Source: Felis catus
Lineage: Eukaryota
Direction: 5' to 3'
NCBI RefSeq assembly: GCF_018350175.1
Contig: NC_058383.1
Location: forward strand, 4,962,001 to 5,026,000
DNA length: 64,000 nt
Positions 28,039 to 42,356 of the stretch are shown in pieces. Made by a program: the position numbers and the translations under genes. The notes under the pieces are model-generated. The model made no database searches. It was given only the letters and a program-made list of their open reading frames with translations, and was not told the DNA's origin. Every line of letters begins with the position of its first letter. The first letter of the stretch is position 1.

Positions 28039-28579
28039 AACAAAACAAACAAAAAAAACCTCCCAACTTCCTCCTTCACCATAAAATAATGTTCCTCTCC
28101 TTTGTTTATCAGACTGTCCAGTGGTTTTGCTGTAGCCTCCTTGTCCTCAATTGCAATTCTCTGCTATTCCCAAATAAACTCATTTTTACAGGTAAAATGG
28201 CAGTTTTATTGTGTGTGTTTAAAGATATGGTTTTTAGGGGCACTTGGGTGGTTCAGTCGGTTGGGCGACCAACTAGGGCTCAGGTCAGGATCTCTCAGTT
28301 AGTGGGTTGGAGCCCTGGATCAGACCCTGTGCTGACAGCTCAGAGCCTGGAGCCTGCTTCAGATTTTATGTCTCCCTCTATCTCTCTGCCCGTCCCCTGC
28401 TCATGCTCTGTCTCTCTCAAAAATAAATGTTTAAAAAAATTTTTTTAAAGATTTTGTTTTTAAGTAACTTCTACACCCACCGTGGGGCTTAAACTCACAA
28501 CCCTGAGCTCATGAGTCACATGCTCCACTGACTGAGCCAGCCAGGTGCCCCCCTGGCAGTTTTATGTTTAAGGTTAACA
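26950..28579 (+). mobile_element. ERV LTR (MER34-like or carnivore ERV1) fragmented by about five SINEs
   Basis: LTR-type 3' part (TTGCAATTCTCTGCTATTCCCAAATAAACTCATTTT ... AAGGTTAACA), CCAAT and TATA-like motifs. The subfamily is a guess. Confidence 0.5.
27186..27247 (+). repeat. (GAAA)n microsatellite grown from a SINE A-tail
   Basis: About 15 consecutive GAAA units. Confidence 0.95.
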
Positions 28580-29559
28580 CAATCATATCTCCTACTGAGG
28601 TCCTGCATTCAAGGTCAATCAGTTATCCTGTTCCAGTTACTGTCAAGGTGTTGGAAGTGTGAAATGAGCAAAACAGATTCCTGGCATCAGGAAACCTACA
28701 TCCTAGTAGGAGAGATGCTTAGTAAGCAAATGAACATATAGTATTCATTTCCAGATTAACACGATGGGTTAATACGAGTATCTAATTTAATTTCTACCCA
28801 AAACCCCACTAGAACTTCAGAAAAAGGATTTAAAAAAAAGACATAATCTTAGAACAGATTGGGATGAGGAGACAGACTGCTTGTAACTGACTTAGTCTCC
28901 TAGACTAGCAGTGGGGAAAGCTAAGGGACACCAGATCAACACCAGAGGATCACCAAAGAGCTGGGAACTGACAGCAGCAGGCACCTACAGGACTGGGGTA
29001 GAGGGAGAGCGGGGCACGGAAATGGCACAAAAGCTGATAAGCAGCAACAGGCCGTCTACATCCCTTCCCATCTTCCACTGGGCAAGGTGGCTGCCCTCTT
29101 CCTCCCCTACAAAAGACTGGAGGTTCCCCTCCAGAGAGCGTCAACTGAGAGTATTTGGATCGGGGGGTGGTTTGGGGCAGGGTAGGGGGGATAGGCAGGG
29201 AGTCCAGGCACAGTGCCTGGGAAAACAAAACAAAAACAAAGGGATCTAGTAGCCTAGGCTGAATCTTTTTTATTTTGTTTAAGTTTTTTTTTTTGTTAAT
29301 GTTTATTTATTTTTGACAGAGAGACAGAGTACAAGCAGGGGAGGGGCAGAGAGAGAGGGAGACACAGAATGTGAAGCAGGCTCCAGGCTCTGAGCTGTCA
29401 GCACAGAGCCCGACATGGGGCTCAAACCCACCAGCTGCAAGATCGTGACCTGAGCCGAAGTCGGACGCTCAACCGACTGAGCCATCCAGGCACCCTGGAA
29501 GTGGTATTAAAAAAAAAAAAAGAAGCATTCAGATAATTAACCCCCCCCCCCCAAAAAAA

Positions 29560-30200
29560 AAAAACTAGCAGGAAAAACAACAGAAAGATGAGAAAATCTC
29601 TCAGAGGACCCAGAAGACATGGAGAGATAGAAAATAGGAAACGGTGAGAACATTAGGGAACTAGCTGATGAAGTCCAACTGTCATCCAAATAATATCCTG
29701 TAATAGAAAACAAAGAACAAAGAAAAAGCAAAGGAGGAAAATATCCACGAAAATATTCAGGGAAATTTCCCAGACTTGAGTTCAGAGACAGAAAGTGCCA
29801 GCCCCGTGAATAAAAAATAGACCCGCCCTTGAGTTCATCATTGTGAAAACTTGAGAACAATGGGAACAGATAAGATTCTACAAGTTTCCAAAGAGAAAAC
29901 ACAAGGAAACAGGAAATAGAATGGCTTCAGATTTCCCAACAGTTGCCCTGATGGAGCAGTATGCCTTCCAGATGCTGAAGAAAGATGATTTTTTACTGAG
30001 AATTCTATTCACGGCCAAACTATCGATCAAGTGGGTGGGTGAAATGAGAACATTTTCAGACAAGTCAGTTCTTAAAAAAGTTTTATCTCCCACACACCAT
30101 ATCCCAGGAAGCTTCTGGAACATGTGTTCCTCCACGAGGAGGAAATAAACCAAAAGAAGCTGGAGCGCAGAAGCCAGAGATGCGACACAGCAGAGGGGAG
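29560..30200 (+). mobile_element. Degenerate L1 ORF1-like element (HAL1 or old L1)
   Basis: ORF 29921-30148 (ASDF...AFQMLKKDDFLLRILFTAKLSIKWVGEMRTFSDK) resembles the L1 ORF1p C-terminal domain (ADFS...FNILKEKNFQPRISYPAKLSFISEGEIKYFTDK). Confidence 0.7.
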
Positions 30201-31474
30201 AAGGGCCCCCACCCCCACACTGGGGATGGTGACTGTTTTATGACCAGCCCACTTGGGAGCGGGGAAATTTTGTGGCCATAAACCACACGCTGTCTGTATT
30301 CCTGGCCACTTCCTCCTACTTCCCCCAGCGTGGACAGCCAGGGATAGTGAAAGACAAACCAGCACTGTTGTCGACCAGCTGGGCTCTGGTGACAGAACGA
30401 GGATGTGACAACACTGAAAAAGTAACGAGGAGACAATAGAGAAGTAGTTCTTGCTGTGAATGGTCACACTACCCCTGTACTTCTCTTTTTCTCTTTGCTT
30501 TCCCCCTACATTTTATTATACAAATTTTGACACAGAAAAGTTGAAAGGAATGTACAGTGAACGTCCACATATCCATCTAAATTCTCCAATTAGCATTTTC
30601 CTATTTATGCTTTATCACATATCTATTTATCCGTTTAACAATTCATCAAGAGGCTCCTGGGTGGCTCAGTTGGTTAAGTGTTCGACTCTTGACTTCAGCT
30701 CAGCTCATGTTCTCACAGTTGGCAAGTTCGAGCCCAGCATTGTGCTCTGCGCTGACAGTGCGGGGCCTGCTTGGGATTCTCTCTGTCTTCCTCTCTCTCT
30801 CTGCCCCCCACCCTGCTTTCTCTCTATCTCTCAAAATAAATGGATAAACTTTAAAACAATCAATTCATCAATTTTTGGCCGCATTTCAAAAGAAGTTAGA
30901 GAAATCAATACTTTTCACCTTTAAACACTTTAGCACACATGTAATTATCTTTTTTTAAGGTAAAACTATATACAATAAAATGCACAAACCTTAGGTTTAC
31001 CATTCACTGACTTTTGACGAATCTACGCAGTTGTAATGCAAAACTCCATCAAGACCTAAAACCTTGCGGCAGCCGGGTGGCTGAGTTGGTTAAGCATCCC
31101 ACTTCACTCAGGTCATGATCTCACAGTTCATAAGTTCGAGCCCCGCATCAGGCTCATTGCTGTCAGTGTGGAGCCTGCTTCAGCTCCTCCGTCCCCCTCA
31201 CTCTCTGCGAAGAACATTTAAAATAAAGCTGAGAAGAACATTCTTGTACAGATCTTTTTAGACACGAATTTTCACTTATTTGAGTGTAAGTACCCAAAAG
31301 TGGAATTGCCAGGTCAATAGAGTAGATGTGTTTCATTTTATTAGAAACTGAGACTTTATTCCAAACTCATGGTTCCATTTCACATTCCCATCACGCTGTA
31401 TCCCCATGAACACATAGTGTTATCAGTCTTTACATCTAATCAGTCTTTTATTTTTTTAACCTTTATTTATTTTT

Positions 31475-31506
<32 letters not shown>

Positions 31507-33521
31507 AAGCAGGGGAGGGGCAGAGAGAGAGGGAGACACAGAATCTGAAGCAGGCTCCAGGCTCTGAGCTGTCAGCACAGGGCCCAACACACAGGGCTCA
31601 AACTCACAAACTGTGAGATCATGAGTTGAAGTCAGAAGCTTAACGGACCGAGCCACCCACGCACCCCTATCTAATCAGTCTTTTAGAGGTTAGTCATTCT
31701 GGTGGATCTCTCTAATTTGCACTTCCCCGGTAGCTGTTGGTATAGCCCACTTTTGTGTGTGGGCTTTCCACCAGGCCCTCTTTGAACTAACAATGTGCAA
31801 CAGTCTTCTAATAGCCCTGGGCTACACTGCAGACAAAAACACAGATCCTTCCAAATAAGAAAAATTATTATATATACATGCTTATCGATGCATTGACATT
31901 CTCTGCAAGAGGACACAGCAACTGGGAACAGTGCTGACTTTGGGGAGGGGCCTGGGTACCTGGGAAAGGAGTATGAGGAACATGTTCTGTTCCCCTGCTC
32001 AGTAGGGAAGGAAAAAATTCTCCCTCTACCCCTCAGGGTCTTCCAGCTGACTCAGAATTAAATTTACATTGGGGTGCCTGGGTGGCTCAGTCGGTTAAGC
32101 GGCCGACTTCGGCTCAGGTCATGATCTCGCACTCTGTGAGTTCGAGCCCCGCGTCGGGCTCTGTGCTGACAGCTCAGAGCCTGGAGCCTGTTTCGGATTC
32201 TGTGTCTCCCTCTCTCTGACCCTCCCCTGTTCATGCCCCTGTCTCAAAAATAAATAAAAAACGTTTAAAAAAATTAAAAAAAAAAAGAATTAAATTTACA
32301 GGAGACAAGTAAACAGGACAAAAAACAAATAAACATTGTTTTATTACATGTGCATGTGCACGGAGGCCTAATACTGAAATAAAGACCAAATGAAATGACC
32401 AGGGCAGACAGTTTTTATACATTTTAGACAGAGACAATTGTTAATGAATTAATAATTATAATTAATAATTCCCTAGTAAGTAGGGAATTCTAAGCTAAGG
32501 TAGTAGATAGAAAAAAACTAACAAGGGTTGTTTCTACAGCTCTGTCTGGTTTAAAATCCATATCTCTTGGAGAGCCTGGCTCAGTGATTAAGCATTCCAC
32601 TCTTGATCTCAGGGCAGGTCTTGATCTCAGGGTCCTGAGTTGAAGCCCTGTGTTGGGCTCCATGCTGGGTATAGTGCCTACTTAAAAAAACAACAACAAC
32701 AAAAAACTAAACTAAAGTTAAATTCCATATCTCTGCTAATAAGGGTGTCTTTTTTTAATGTTTATTTATTTTAGAGAGAAAGAGAGAGTAGGGGAGGGGC
32801 AGAGAGAAGGGGGGAAGACAGAGAATCTGAAGCAGGCTCTGTGCTGTCAGTGCAAAGTCCAACATGGGGCTCGAACCCACAAACCGTGAGATCATAACCT
32901 GAGCCAAAGGCCGGACACTCAACCGACTGAGTCACCCAGGCGCTCCGACAGACAACTTGTCTTAATCATGTTAGCCTCGCTGCCGTCTTATGCCGAAAGT
33001 GTGGCAGGGGAAGGAACTCTAGCGTAGGGGCCCAGGAATGCCCCTGCTTTGTCACCAATAGACTATGGATTTGCTAAGTCACCAAACTTCTCTGTTCATC
33101 TGCACAATGACATGAAGCTTGTGCTCTCAGTTTTGTGTTCCACAAGAACAGCAAAGACTGTAAACACGAGGAGAAATAAGCTGTACCAACGCATTACTAT
33201 GTTATTGGAATTTTTTGTAAATATAGACATGCATGCATATTGTTAAAATAACAATTGGTACAGCCCAGCTTATACTAAAGATCATGGTCCCCAGCCCAGC
33301 CTCTCCTTGGGTCTCCTCACTCCCAAGTCGGCCCCCAAGGGGCCACCCCTTCCTTTAAAAAAAATTGTAGGGGCGCCTGGGTGGTTCCATTGGTTAAGCA
33401 TTCGACTCTTGATTTCAGCTCACATCATGATCTCATGGTTGTGAGATGTAGCTCCCCGTCAGGTCCTCGCTGAGAATGGAGCCTGCTTCAGATTCTCTCC
33501 CTCTTTCTCTGCCTCTCTCCT

Positions 33522-33563
<42 letters not shown>

Positions 33564-34772
33564 TAAATAAGTAAACATTTTTTTTAAAAATTTGTGAAAT
33601 CGGGGTACCTGGCTGGTTCAGTTGGTAGAGCATGCAACTCTTGATCTCAGGGTTGTAAGTTCAAACCCCACATTGATTACTTAAAGATAAAAGCTTCGCC
33701 CCCAAAATTGTGAAATACAACAAATTAAAGAAGAAGGCATGGGAGCACCTGGGTGGGTCAGTCGTTAAGCATCGGACTTAGGCTCAGGTCATGATCTCAC
33801 GGTTTGTGAGTTTGAGCCCTGTGTCGGGCTCTGTGCTGACAGCTCGGAGCCTGGTGCCTGCTTCGGATTCTGTGTCTCCCTCTCTCTTTGCCCCTCCCCC
33901 ACTCGTGCTCTGTCTCTCTGCCTGTCAAAAAATAAATAAACATAAAAAACCAAAACAAGAAGGCACGAAACTAAATGTACAGTTAGGGGCAACCATGTTT
34001 AATTCTATTTGTCTTCTTGCAGTGATTTCCTCTGAATCTCCAAAGAACAAACTGATAACCACTATTTCTCGCTTGATCAACTGTCAACATTACATTTCTG
34101 CTGTGATAAATGCAGATTTGGCTCACTGATGCTACCATTCCCCCCTTAATGTATATTTCGCTATTTTAGTTCTTTTCGTGGGTACTGTTGAAACTTTCAA
34201 GAAGATACTGTCCCCCTCTTCTTGGCTCTTCTTACTGTCTCTGGATCCTCCCAGGTAAAATGAGGAAGCTCCAGAGGCTCACCTGGACCAGGAAGGCCCG
34301 GGCGGTTCGAGAGTGACCACGCAGCCTATGGCAACAGGCTTGTGCCTCTGACCCAAGGGCACTTACTCATACTTATTGTACATTCATCCATTTTGTCCTT
34401 GAAGTCAGGACAGGTAGAGGCCTGAAGGGCACAGTCCTGTCCAGAATTTGCATGGGAAAGATGTTAAAATTAATGTGAGATTGAGCCCTGCATCAGGCTC
34501 TGCGCTGTCAGCCTTAGGATTCTCTCTCTCCTCTCTCTCTGCCCCTCCTGCACTTTCTCTCTCTGTTTCTCAAAATCAATAAATAAACATTTTTTAAAAA
34601 CTATCTCACACCCCTTCAGACTCCAAGCTGGTCGCTGCTTGCTCCTGTGTTTGCTAAGATTCCTAGGTGTGATGTGTCACCCCAGGTTATCTCCCTAGAG
34701 ATGGCCGACAAAAATATAACACAAATTACATAAGAATGTTCTAGTGGCCATGTTAAAAAGAGCAAAAGGAGG

Positions 34773-34945
34773 CCTTTCTGTTTATGCCACCTTGGAGCCT
34801 GTGAAGGCCTGCTGGAACAGGACTCCTGAAACGACAACTATGTCTGGAAGGCTGTGGTCCAAGGCCATTTTTGCCGGCTATGAGCGGGGTTTCCAGAACC
34901 AGAGGGAGCACGCAGCTCTTCTTAAAACTGAAGGTGCTTAGGCTC
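34773..34945 (+). pseudogene. RPL35A: RPL35A processed pseudogene fragment (5'UTR plus ~34 codons)
   Basis: Pyrimidine-rich 5' end, ATG at 34840, [33 protein letters not shown] versus RPL35[35 protein letters not shown]. Intronless, with a premature TAG at 34939-34941. Confidence 0.92.
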
Positions 34946-35859
34946 TAGTGGGGAGGGGAGGGCAAAAGCACTAATTTTTTTAGTTTGATTTTTTTTAAGT
35001 AGGCTCCCTGACCAACATGGGGCTCTAACTCATAACCCTGAGACTAAGAGTTGCACGCTCCACCGAGTCAGCCACGTGCCCTGCAACTAATTTTTTTCCT
35101 TATTTATTTATTTATTTTTATTATTATTATTATTTTATTTTATTTTTGAGACGGAGAGAGACAGAGCATGAACGGGGGAGGGTCAGAGAGAGGGAGACAC
35201 AGAATTTGAAACAGGCACCAGGCTCTGAGCTGTCAGCACAGAGCCCGACGTGGGCTCGAACTCACGGACCGCGAGATCATGCCCTGAGCCGAAGTCGGAT
35301 GCTCAACCGACTGAGCCACCCAGGCGCCCCTTTTTTTCCTTTTTTAAAAAATATTTTTTAATTTTTTTTTTTTTTTTTTTTTTTTGAGACAGAGAGACAG
35401 AGCATGAGCAGGGGAGGGGCAGAGAGAGGGGGAGACAGAATCCGAAGCAGGCTCCAGGCTCTGAGCTGTCAGCACAGAGCCCAACGTGGGGCTCGAATTC
35501 ACCGACTGTGAGATCATGGCCTGAGCTGAAGTTGGACGCTCAACCGACTGAGCCACCCAGATGCCCCAAATGTTTATTTTTGAGAGAGCGAGAGAAAGAG
35601 CACACGCGCAAATGGGAGAGGGGCAGAGAGGAGACACAGAATCCACAGCAGGCTCCAGGCTCTGAGCTGTCAGCACAGAGCCCAACATGAGGCTCGAACT
35701 CAGAAACCAATGATTGATCTCTGGAACTGTGAGATCATGACTTCAGCTGAAGTCAGACGCTTAACTGACTGAGCCACCCAGGCGCCCCACACTGCAACTA
35801 ATTTTTAAGCCACTTTATGGAGGTGCGATTGACAGACGAAAGCTGTACATATTTAATGT

Positions 35860-37050
35860 ACACAACTTGATGAGTTTGGAATAATGCAATTAATTTTAAT
35901 CACATGCTTTATTTGACTCAGGACTAAAATATTATTTCAATATGTAATCAATATTAAAATTGTGGCGATTTAAAAATTTTTAAGTTTATTAATTTTGAGA
36001 GAGACAGAGAGAGTGAGTGGGGAGGGGCAGAGAGAGAGGGAGAGAGAAGATTCCAAGCAGGCTCCTCCGCATTGTCAGTGCAGAGCCCAATGTGGGACTT
36101 GAACTCATAAACAGTGAGATCATGACTTAAGCTGAAATCAAGAGTTGGATGCTTAACCGACTGAACCAACCAGGTGCCCCCAAAATTGTGAAGATATTTG
36201 ACAGTCTTTTTTTGGTACTAGTTTTTGAAATCTGGTGTATTTTACACTTGTATCATAATTAGATTCAGATGCTTTAGTGTTCATTAGAAATATTTGATCT
36301 GTATTTAGATTTTGTAAAATTTACTGTTCAAAAGGTAGAATCCCGATACTCAGGTTAATGTAGACATACTTAAAAGTTTTCCAATAACTGAATCAGTTTT
36401 TAAATTTATTTACTAGTTTTTAATTTTTTTTTAATTTTTTTTTTCAACGTTTATTTTTTTGGGGACAGAGAGAGACAGAGCATGAACTGGGGAGGGGCAG
36501 ACAGAGAGGGAGACACAGAATCTGAAACAGGCTCCAGGCTCTGAGCCATCAGCCCAGAGCCTGACGCGGGGCTCGAACTCACGGACCGCAAGATCGTGAC
36601 CTGGCTGAAGTCAGACGGTTAACCGACTGCGCCACCCAGGCGCCCCTAATTTTTTTAAGGAACCTCTACCCACCATATGGGGCTCGAACTCACGACCCCG
36701 AGATCAAGAGTAGCATGCTCTACCGACTGAGCCAGCCAAGTGCCCCAGTTTTTCCATTTAAATTAAAGTAAATTTCAGGGGTGCCTGGGTGGCTCAGTCG
36801 GTTAAGTGTTCGACTTTGGGTCATGATCTCACAGTTCCTGAGTTCAAGTCCCACGTCAGGCTCTGTGCTAACAGCCCGGAGCCTGGAGCCTGGAGCCTGG
36901 AGCATGCTTCTGATTCTGTGTCTCCTCTCTCTACCTCTTGCCTGCTCACACTGTCTGTATCTCAAAAATAAACATTTAAAAAAAAAATCTTTAAATTGAA
37001 GTAAATTTCAAAAGCTGAAAAGTCACGTGTCTACTGCATAGGACAACTCA
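35860..37050. mobile_element. hAT-Charlie (MER33/Charlie1-like) remnant interrupted by SINEs
   Basis: TTTGAAATCTGGTGTATTTTACACTT ... AAATATTTGATCTGTATTTAGATTT motifs. Confidence 0.5.
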
Positions 37051-37550
37051 GGTTTAATGGATGATGATGCTACTGCTACGGAGGCCCCTGCTTGAGAGAA
37101 ACTATCACAAATGTCTAAAGGTCCTTCTGTTTGGCTTTTTTTCACGAGGATGTTATTGATCATCTTTCCCCCTACATCACCTTTATGAGGACCACCTTTC
37201 AGTTCTTCGTACAGTTGAAAGCTTTTCTTAAGGGGCACCTGGGTGGTCAGTCAGTTAAGCGTCCAACTCTTGGTTTCTGCTCAGGTCACGATTTCACGGT
37301 TCATGGGTTTGAGCCCCGCATTAGGCTCTGCGCTCGCTGACAACACGGAGCCTGCCTGGGATTCTCTCTCTCCCTCTCTCTGCCCCTCCTCCACTCTGTC
37401 TCCCAAAATAAATAAACTTAAAAAAAAAAAAAAAAAAAAAAGTCACATGCCACACTGACTGAGCCAGCCAGGGGCCCCTGTGTTTGTTATTAAATATATA
37501 ATTTCAGATACACTGATAAATGGTACAAATAAAAATGCAGTAATACTTAT

Positions 37551-38038
37551 TGTATTAGTTGGCATTTTTTCAGAGAAACAGAACCAGCAGGAGAAATATG
37601 TATGTTTCTCTTGTTGAGAGAGAAAGAGAAAGACAGAAAGGGAGGAAAGGTGGGAGGGAGATTTATATGAGCAATTGGCCTATGTGATTGTGGAGGCTGA
37701 CAATGACCTACCATCTGCTATAAGCTGGGGACCTGGGAGAGCCTGTAGTTCTAGGCCAAGGCTAAAGGCCTGAGGACCAAGAGAGTTGATGGTGTAAGTT
37801 CCAATCTGAAAGCAGAAGACCAATTTCCCAGTTTAAAAACAGGAAATTCTGCCTAACCCCACCTCTTGTTCTATTTAAGCCTTCCACATTGGGGAGGGCC
37901 ATCTGCCCTACTCAATCTACTGCTTCAAATGTTAATCTCATCCGGAAACACCTTCGCAGACACACCCAGGATAATGTTTAACCAGCTAACTGGGCACTCT
38001 ATGGCCTGGTCAAGTTCACACATAAAATTAACCATCAC
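37551..38038 (-). mobile_element. MLT2 (ERVL) solo LTR
   Basis: Minus strand begins TGTGATGGTTAATTTTATGTGTGAACTTGAC and ends CTAATACA, typical MLT2 termini. Confidence 0.8.
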
Positions 38039-38704
38039 ATTTATTATTATGGGTATTGAGGGGGATGCGTTATAGTCATAATTAACAATAATAATGAATA
38101 ATTAATAACAGGAACAAAACCCAACTAACATACTAACTACCAAGCACTGTATATGCCTTTCTTGTATTATTTTTATGTTTTTCTTGTATTATATTTAATT
38201 ATCAACACAACTCTAAGGGTAAGGTAGTACTAAAATACCCATTTCGCAAATGAGGAAATTAAGGCATATTGACATTTATTAACTTGCTCAAGATCAGGTT
38301 TCTGGGAAATGGTATTTTGAAACTTTTTTTTTTAAGATTCTATTTTTAAATCATCTCTACTCCCAATCTGGGGCTCAAACTCACAACCCCAAGATCAAAA
38401 GTCACACACTCTACTGACTGAGCCAGCCACGCGCCCCACAAATGGCACTTTGAACTAATGTCAGGATCTGCTCTCTCAGTCACTACACTAAGCTACTTCA
38501 TGTATTTATTCTTTGGTTACAAATTTTGAAGAGCTGGTCCCTGTCCTCAAGGATCTTCCCATATAATAAGGCCACAAGCCCTGCCACAGAAAGAAACCAT
38601 TTTTCGTTTGGAAGATAGAAGTGACGGCAAGGAGATGATGCAGACAAGACTGTAGCATGAAGATATGGATCTGAAAGGCCAAGTATTGGTTGGGTTTCCA
38701 TACT

Positions 38705-41290
38705 TGTAGCACGTTGTATTTTCCAAGTTGACCACAAAAGATCTCCTATCCTCTATGCCCTCCTACACCGTGACACTGACACTCCTCCCGCTGAGAAATG
38801 AGATCTATGTTCCTTTCCCTCATAGCCTAAGGAGAAGTGGAAACAGGGGTCTGTTTGGGATGGCCAGCAAGCTTGCTCTTGGAACCCCATCATCATAGTG
38901 TAGGGAAGCTCAGGCCACGTGAAAAGGCCACATACAGGTGTTCCAACTGCCAGCCTCTTCTGAGGACCTAGCCACGGCCAGCACCAGATTCTTGAGCAAG
39001 TGCAATATGATAATAAATATACTTAGAGGCACCTAGGTGGCTCAGCTGGCTAAGCATTGGACTCTTGGTTTTGACTCAGGTCACGATCTCACAGTTTGTG
39101 AGTTCAAACCCCGCGTCAGGCTCTGCACTGACAAGTGTGGGGCCTGCTTGGGATTCTCCCTCTCCCTCTGTCCCTCCTGCACTTTCTCTCTCTCACACAC
39201 GAAATAAATAAATAAACTTAAGAAATTATAAAAAATATATATATACTTGGTCTCTGTCCCCAGTTTTTGGTGTAGAGTTCTTAAAACTATTGTAATTCCC
39301 TGAGCAATAGCATTGCCCTTTGTTACTCATAAGGAGACCTTTTCAACCACATCTGAGTTTATGCTAATGAGGTGACTCATGGCTGGGCCTTTAGATAGCC
39401 TCAGGGTGGGGACTGAGGGCCAGAAACACCAATCATGTGATGAGAAGAAGGTTGGCCCCTTCAGCACTCCCCCCAAACCCCCCCTCCCCCCTCCCCCTTC
39501 CCTCAACCCCCGGAGAAAGGACTGGAGATTGAGTTCAATCTTGTGGCCAGTAACTTAATTAATCGTGCCTGCGTAATGAGATCCCATAAGAAAACCCTGA
39601 AATAATGAGACTGAAGGAGCTTCGGGTCAGTGAACAGGTCAAAGTGCTGGGTGGTGTGCCTGGCTTCCACGAGGAGAAGGCAGGGAAACCCTGCCTCACT
39701 CAACTTGGACTTTGTCCTCATCAACTCTTTTTTTTTTTTTTTAAGTAATCTGTACATCCAACATGGGGCTCAGACTCACAACCCTAAGATCAAGAGTTGC
39801 ATGCTCAAAAAAAAAAAAAAAAAAAAAAAGTTGCATGCTCTACAGAGCCAACCAGGCACCCCTACAACTCTTTCTTTTAAACCAGTTTATTGAAGCATGA
39901 TTGACAAAAAGCTATATATATATTTTTAACTATTAATAATTACCACAATCTATGCCATAAACATGTATCACCTCCAAAACTTACCTCCCGCCTCCTTTAC
40001 TTGCTATTATCGTTATTTGTTATAAGAAAACATAAGACTTGCGCTCTTGGCAAATGTTTAATTATACAGTCAATATTGTTAATATAGAGGCTATGCTGTG
40101 CATAAATCTCTAGGATTACTCAACTTGTGCAACTGACATTTTGTACTCTAACACCTCCCCTTTTCCCCATCTCTTGGCAGCCACCATTCTGCTCTCTTAG
40201 GAGTTTGGCTGTATTTTTTTAATTAATGTATTTATTTGAGAGAGAGAGAGAGCTCAAGTGGGTGAGGGGCAGAGATGAAGAGACAGAGTCCCAAGCAGGC
40301 TCTGCGCTGTCAGCACGGAGCCTGAAGCAGGGCTCCATCCCATGAACTGCAAGATGGTGACCTGAGCTGAAATCAAGAGTTGGACACTTAACTGACGGAG
40401 TCCCCCAGGCTCCCCGGTTTGGCTATTTTAGATTCCTCATCTATAGAGTATCACACAGCATTTGTCCTTCTGTGTTTGGCTTATTTCACTTAGCATAGTG
40501 TCCTCCAGGTTCACCCACGTTGTCACAAATGACAGGATTTCATTGTTTTCTTTTTTTAATGTTTATTTTTGAGAGAGAGAGAGAGAGAGAGAGTGAATGG
40601 GAGAGAGGCAGAGAGGGAGACACAGAATTGGAAGCAGGCTTCAGGCTCCGAGCTGTCAACACAGAGCCTGACGTGGCGCTCGAACCCATGAACCGCGAGC
40701 TCATGACCTGAGGTGAAGTTGGACGCTCAACCAACAGAGCCACCCAGGCGCCCCTTCCTTGGTATTCCATTGTATCCTGGTGGGCTCTTCATCTGATTGT
40801 TCATTTGTACCCTTCATAGTAAACCAGTAAATGCAAGTTCATAGCGGCTTCCTGAGTTCTGTGAGTCATTTTCGTGAAGTATCAGACCTGAACAGGGGTC
40901 TGGGAACCCTTGAATTTATAGGCTGCTTGTCAGAATCATGAGTAGCTCCCAGGACTTGTGATTGGTGTCCAAAGAAGGGGTTGTGTTATGGGACTGAGGC
41001 CTTAAAACCTGTGGAGTCTGATGCTAACTCCAGGAAGGTAGTGCCAGAACTAAGTTGATTGTTGGACACCCAGTTAGCGTCAAGGAATGGTCGTGTTGGA
41101 AAATGCAGGAAGCCTTTAAGAGGACAGCAGTTCTTGCTGCCATTTGACTGCAAACGTGAGAGCCCCCAAATGAGACCTGTTTAGTGCAGCTGACTCCACC
41201 CCCACGGCAGTGAGAGAGGATAGTAAAATGATGGTTGTTGCTTTAAGCAACAAAGTTATGGGATGATATTTTTATGGAACAAGTGACTAA
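38705..41290 (+). mobile_element. Nested complex: MLT1 LTR containing a MER21-like LTR, an antisense L1 3' fragment and SINEs
   Basis: MLT1-like halves at ~38705-39000 and ~41100-41290. MER21-like halves at ~39245-39720 and ~40780-41100. L1 at ~39880-40550. Confidence 0.6.
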
Positions 41291-41591
41291 GGGGCATCAG
41301 GGTGGGGATACTGGCACAACCAGAGGCGAAAAAATGGGAAGGCAAAGGAAAGATGAGAGGACATCATGGGCTGTGGTTCTTGGGGTGCAGGCAGCAGAAA
41401 GCTACTCTGGACTGAGAAAAAACAAAGATATGAATGGGAAGAACACTGGTGAGCTCATGGAATCTAAGGACAAGTTGAGTGACTGGGGCTCAGAAAAGAC
41501 GGGACCCAGGGCTGCTCTGGGGACCTCAAGGATCTTCTCCCCAGGACACTGACATCACAATATCAGGCTCACCTGCCTGCAGGTGTGGCTC

Positions 41592-42356
41592 TGATGGGGT
41601 TTTGGAGGGATGGGGGTCCAGAGCCGATGGCCAAGAAAGAATTCTTGAAGATGTCTTCGGTGCAAAACGGTGATTTTATTTTTATTTATTTATTTAATGT
41701 TTTTATTTATTTGAGACAGAGAGACAGACAGAGTACAAGCTGAGGGAGGAGCAGAAAGAGAGGGAGACACAGAATCAGAAGCAGGCTGCAGGCTCTGAGC
41801 TGTCAGCACGGAGCTGGATGTGGGACTGGAACTGGTGAACCGCGAGATCATGACCTGGGACGCTCAACCAACTGAGCCACCCAGGCGCCCCCCAAAATGG
41901 TGATTTTATTGAAGCACAGGGCAGGGACCGTGGGCAGAAAGAGCTGCACTGGGGTTGTGAAGAGTGACTGGTTGTGTACTATGGAGTTGGGGGACTGAAG
42001 AGGAAGTCTCTTAATGGGATTTCCAGATGTGAAAGAGTGAAGGAGAAAGTTGCTGGAGGCCCAGCTATTGTCAAGGTTAGCTTGTCTTTCCCTCTAGCAA
42101 ATCGAGATCATTAATAGTAGGGAGTTTCTGGAGATCAGGCTATTGATAAGATTGCCCTTTTCTTGTAATTTACCAAGAGATTTGCTAACCAATGGAGACT
42201 CCTGTCCTGCAGGACTCTGATCTCTAGTCAGTTACCCATTTGCTTTCCCCTTTCCTTTGTTCTTGGGCAGCCAGGAGTACGGGAGCAATGTCAGACACAG
42301 CCCACCTGGGGGGCGGTGATTTTTGGGGGTGTCAGTTGCCTTATGGTCCCTCATCA
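41592..42356 (-). mobile_element. ERV1-type solo LTR with internal SINEC
   Basis: TGATG...CATCA inverted termini, 4-bp TSD GCTC (41588-41591 and 42357-42360), minus-strand AATAAA at ~41675. Confidence 0.8.
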
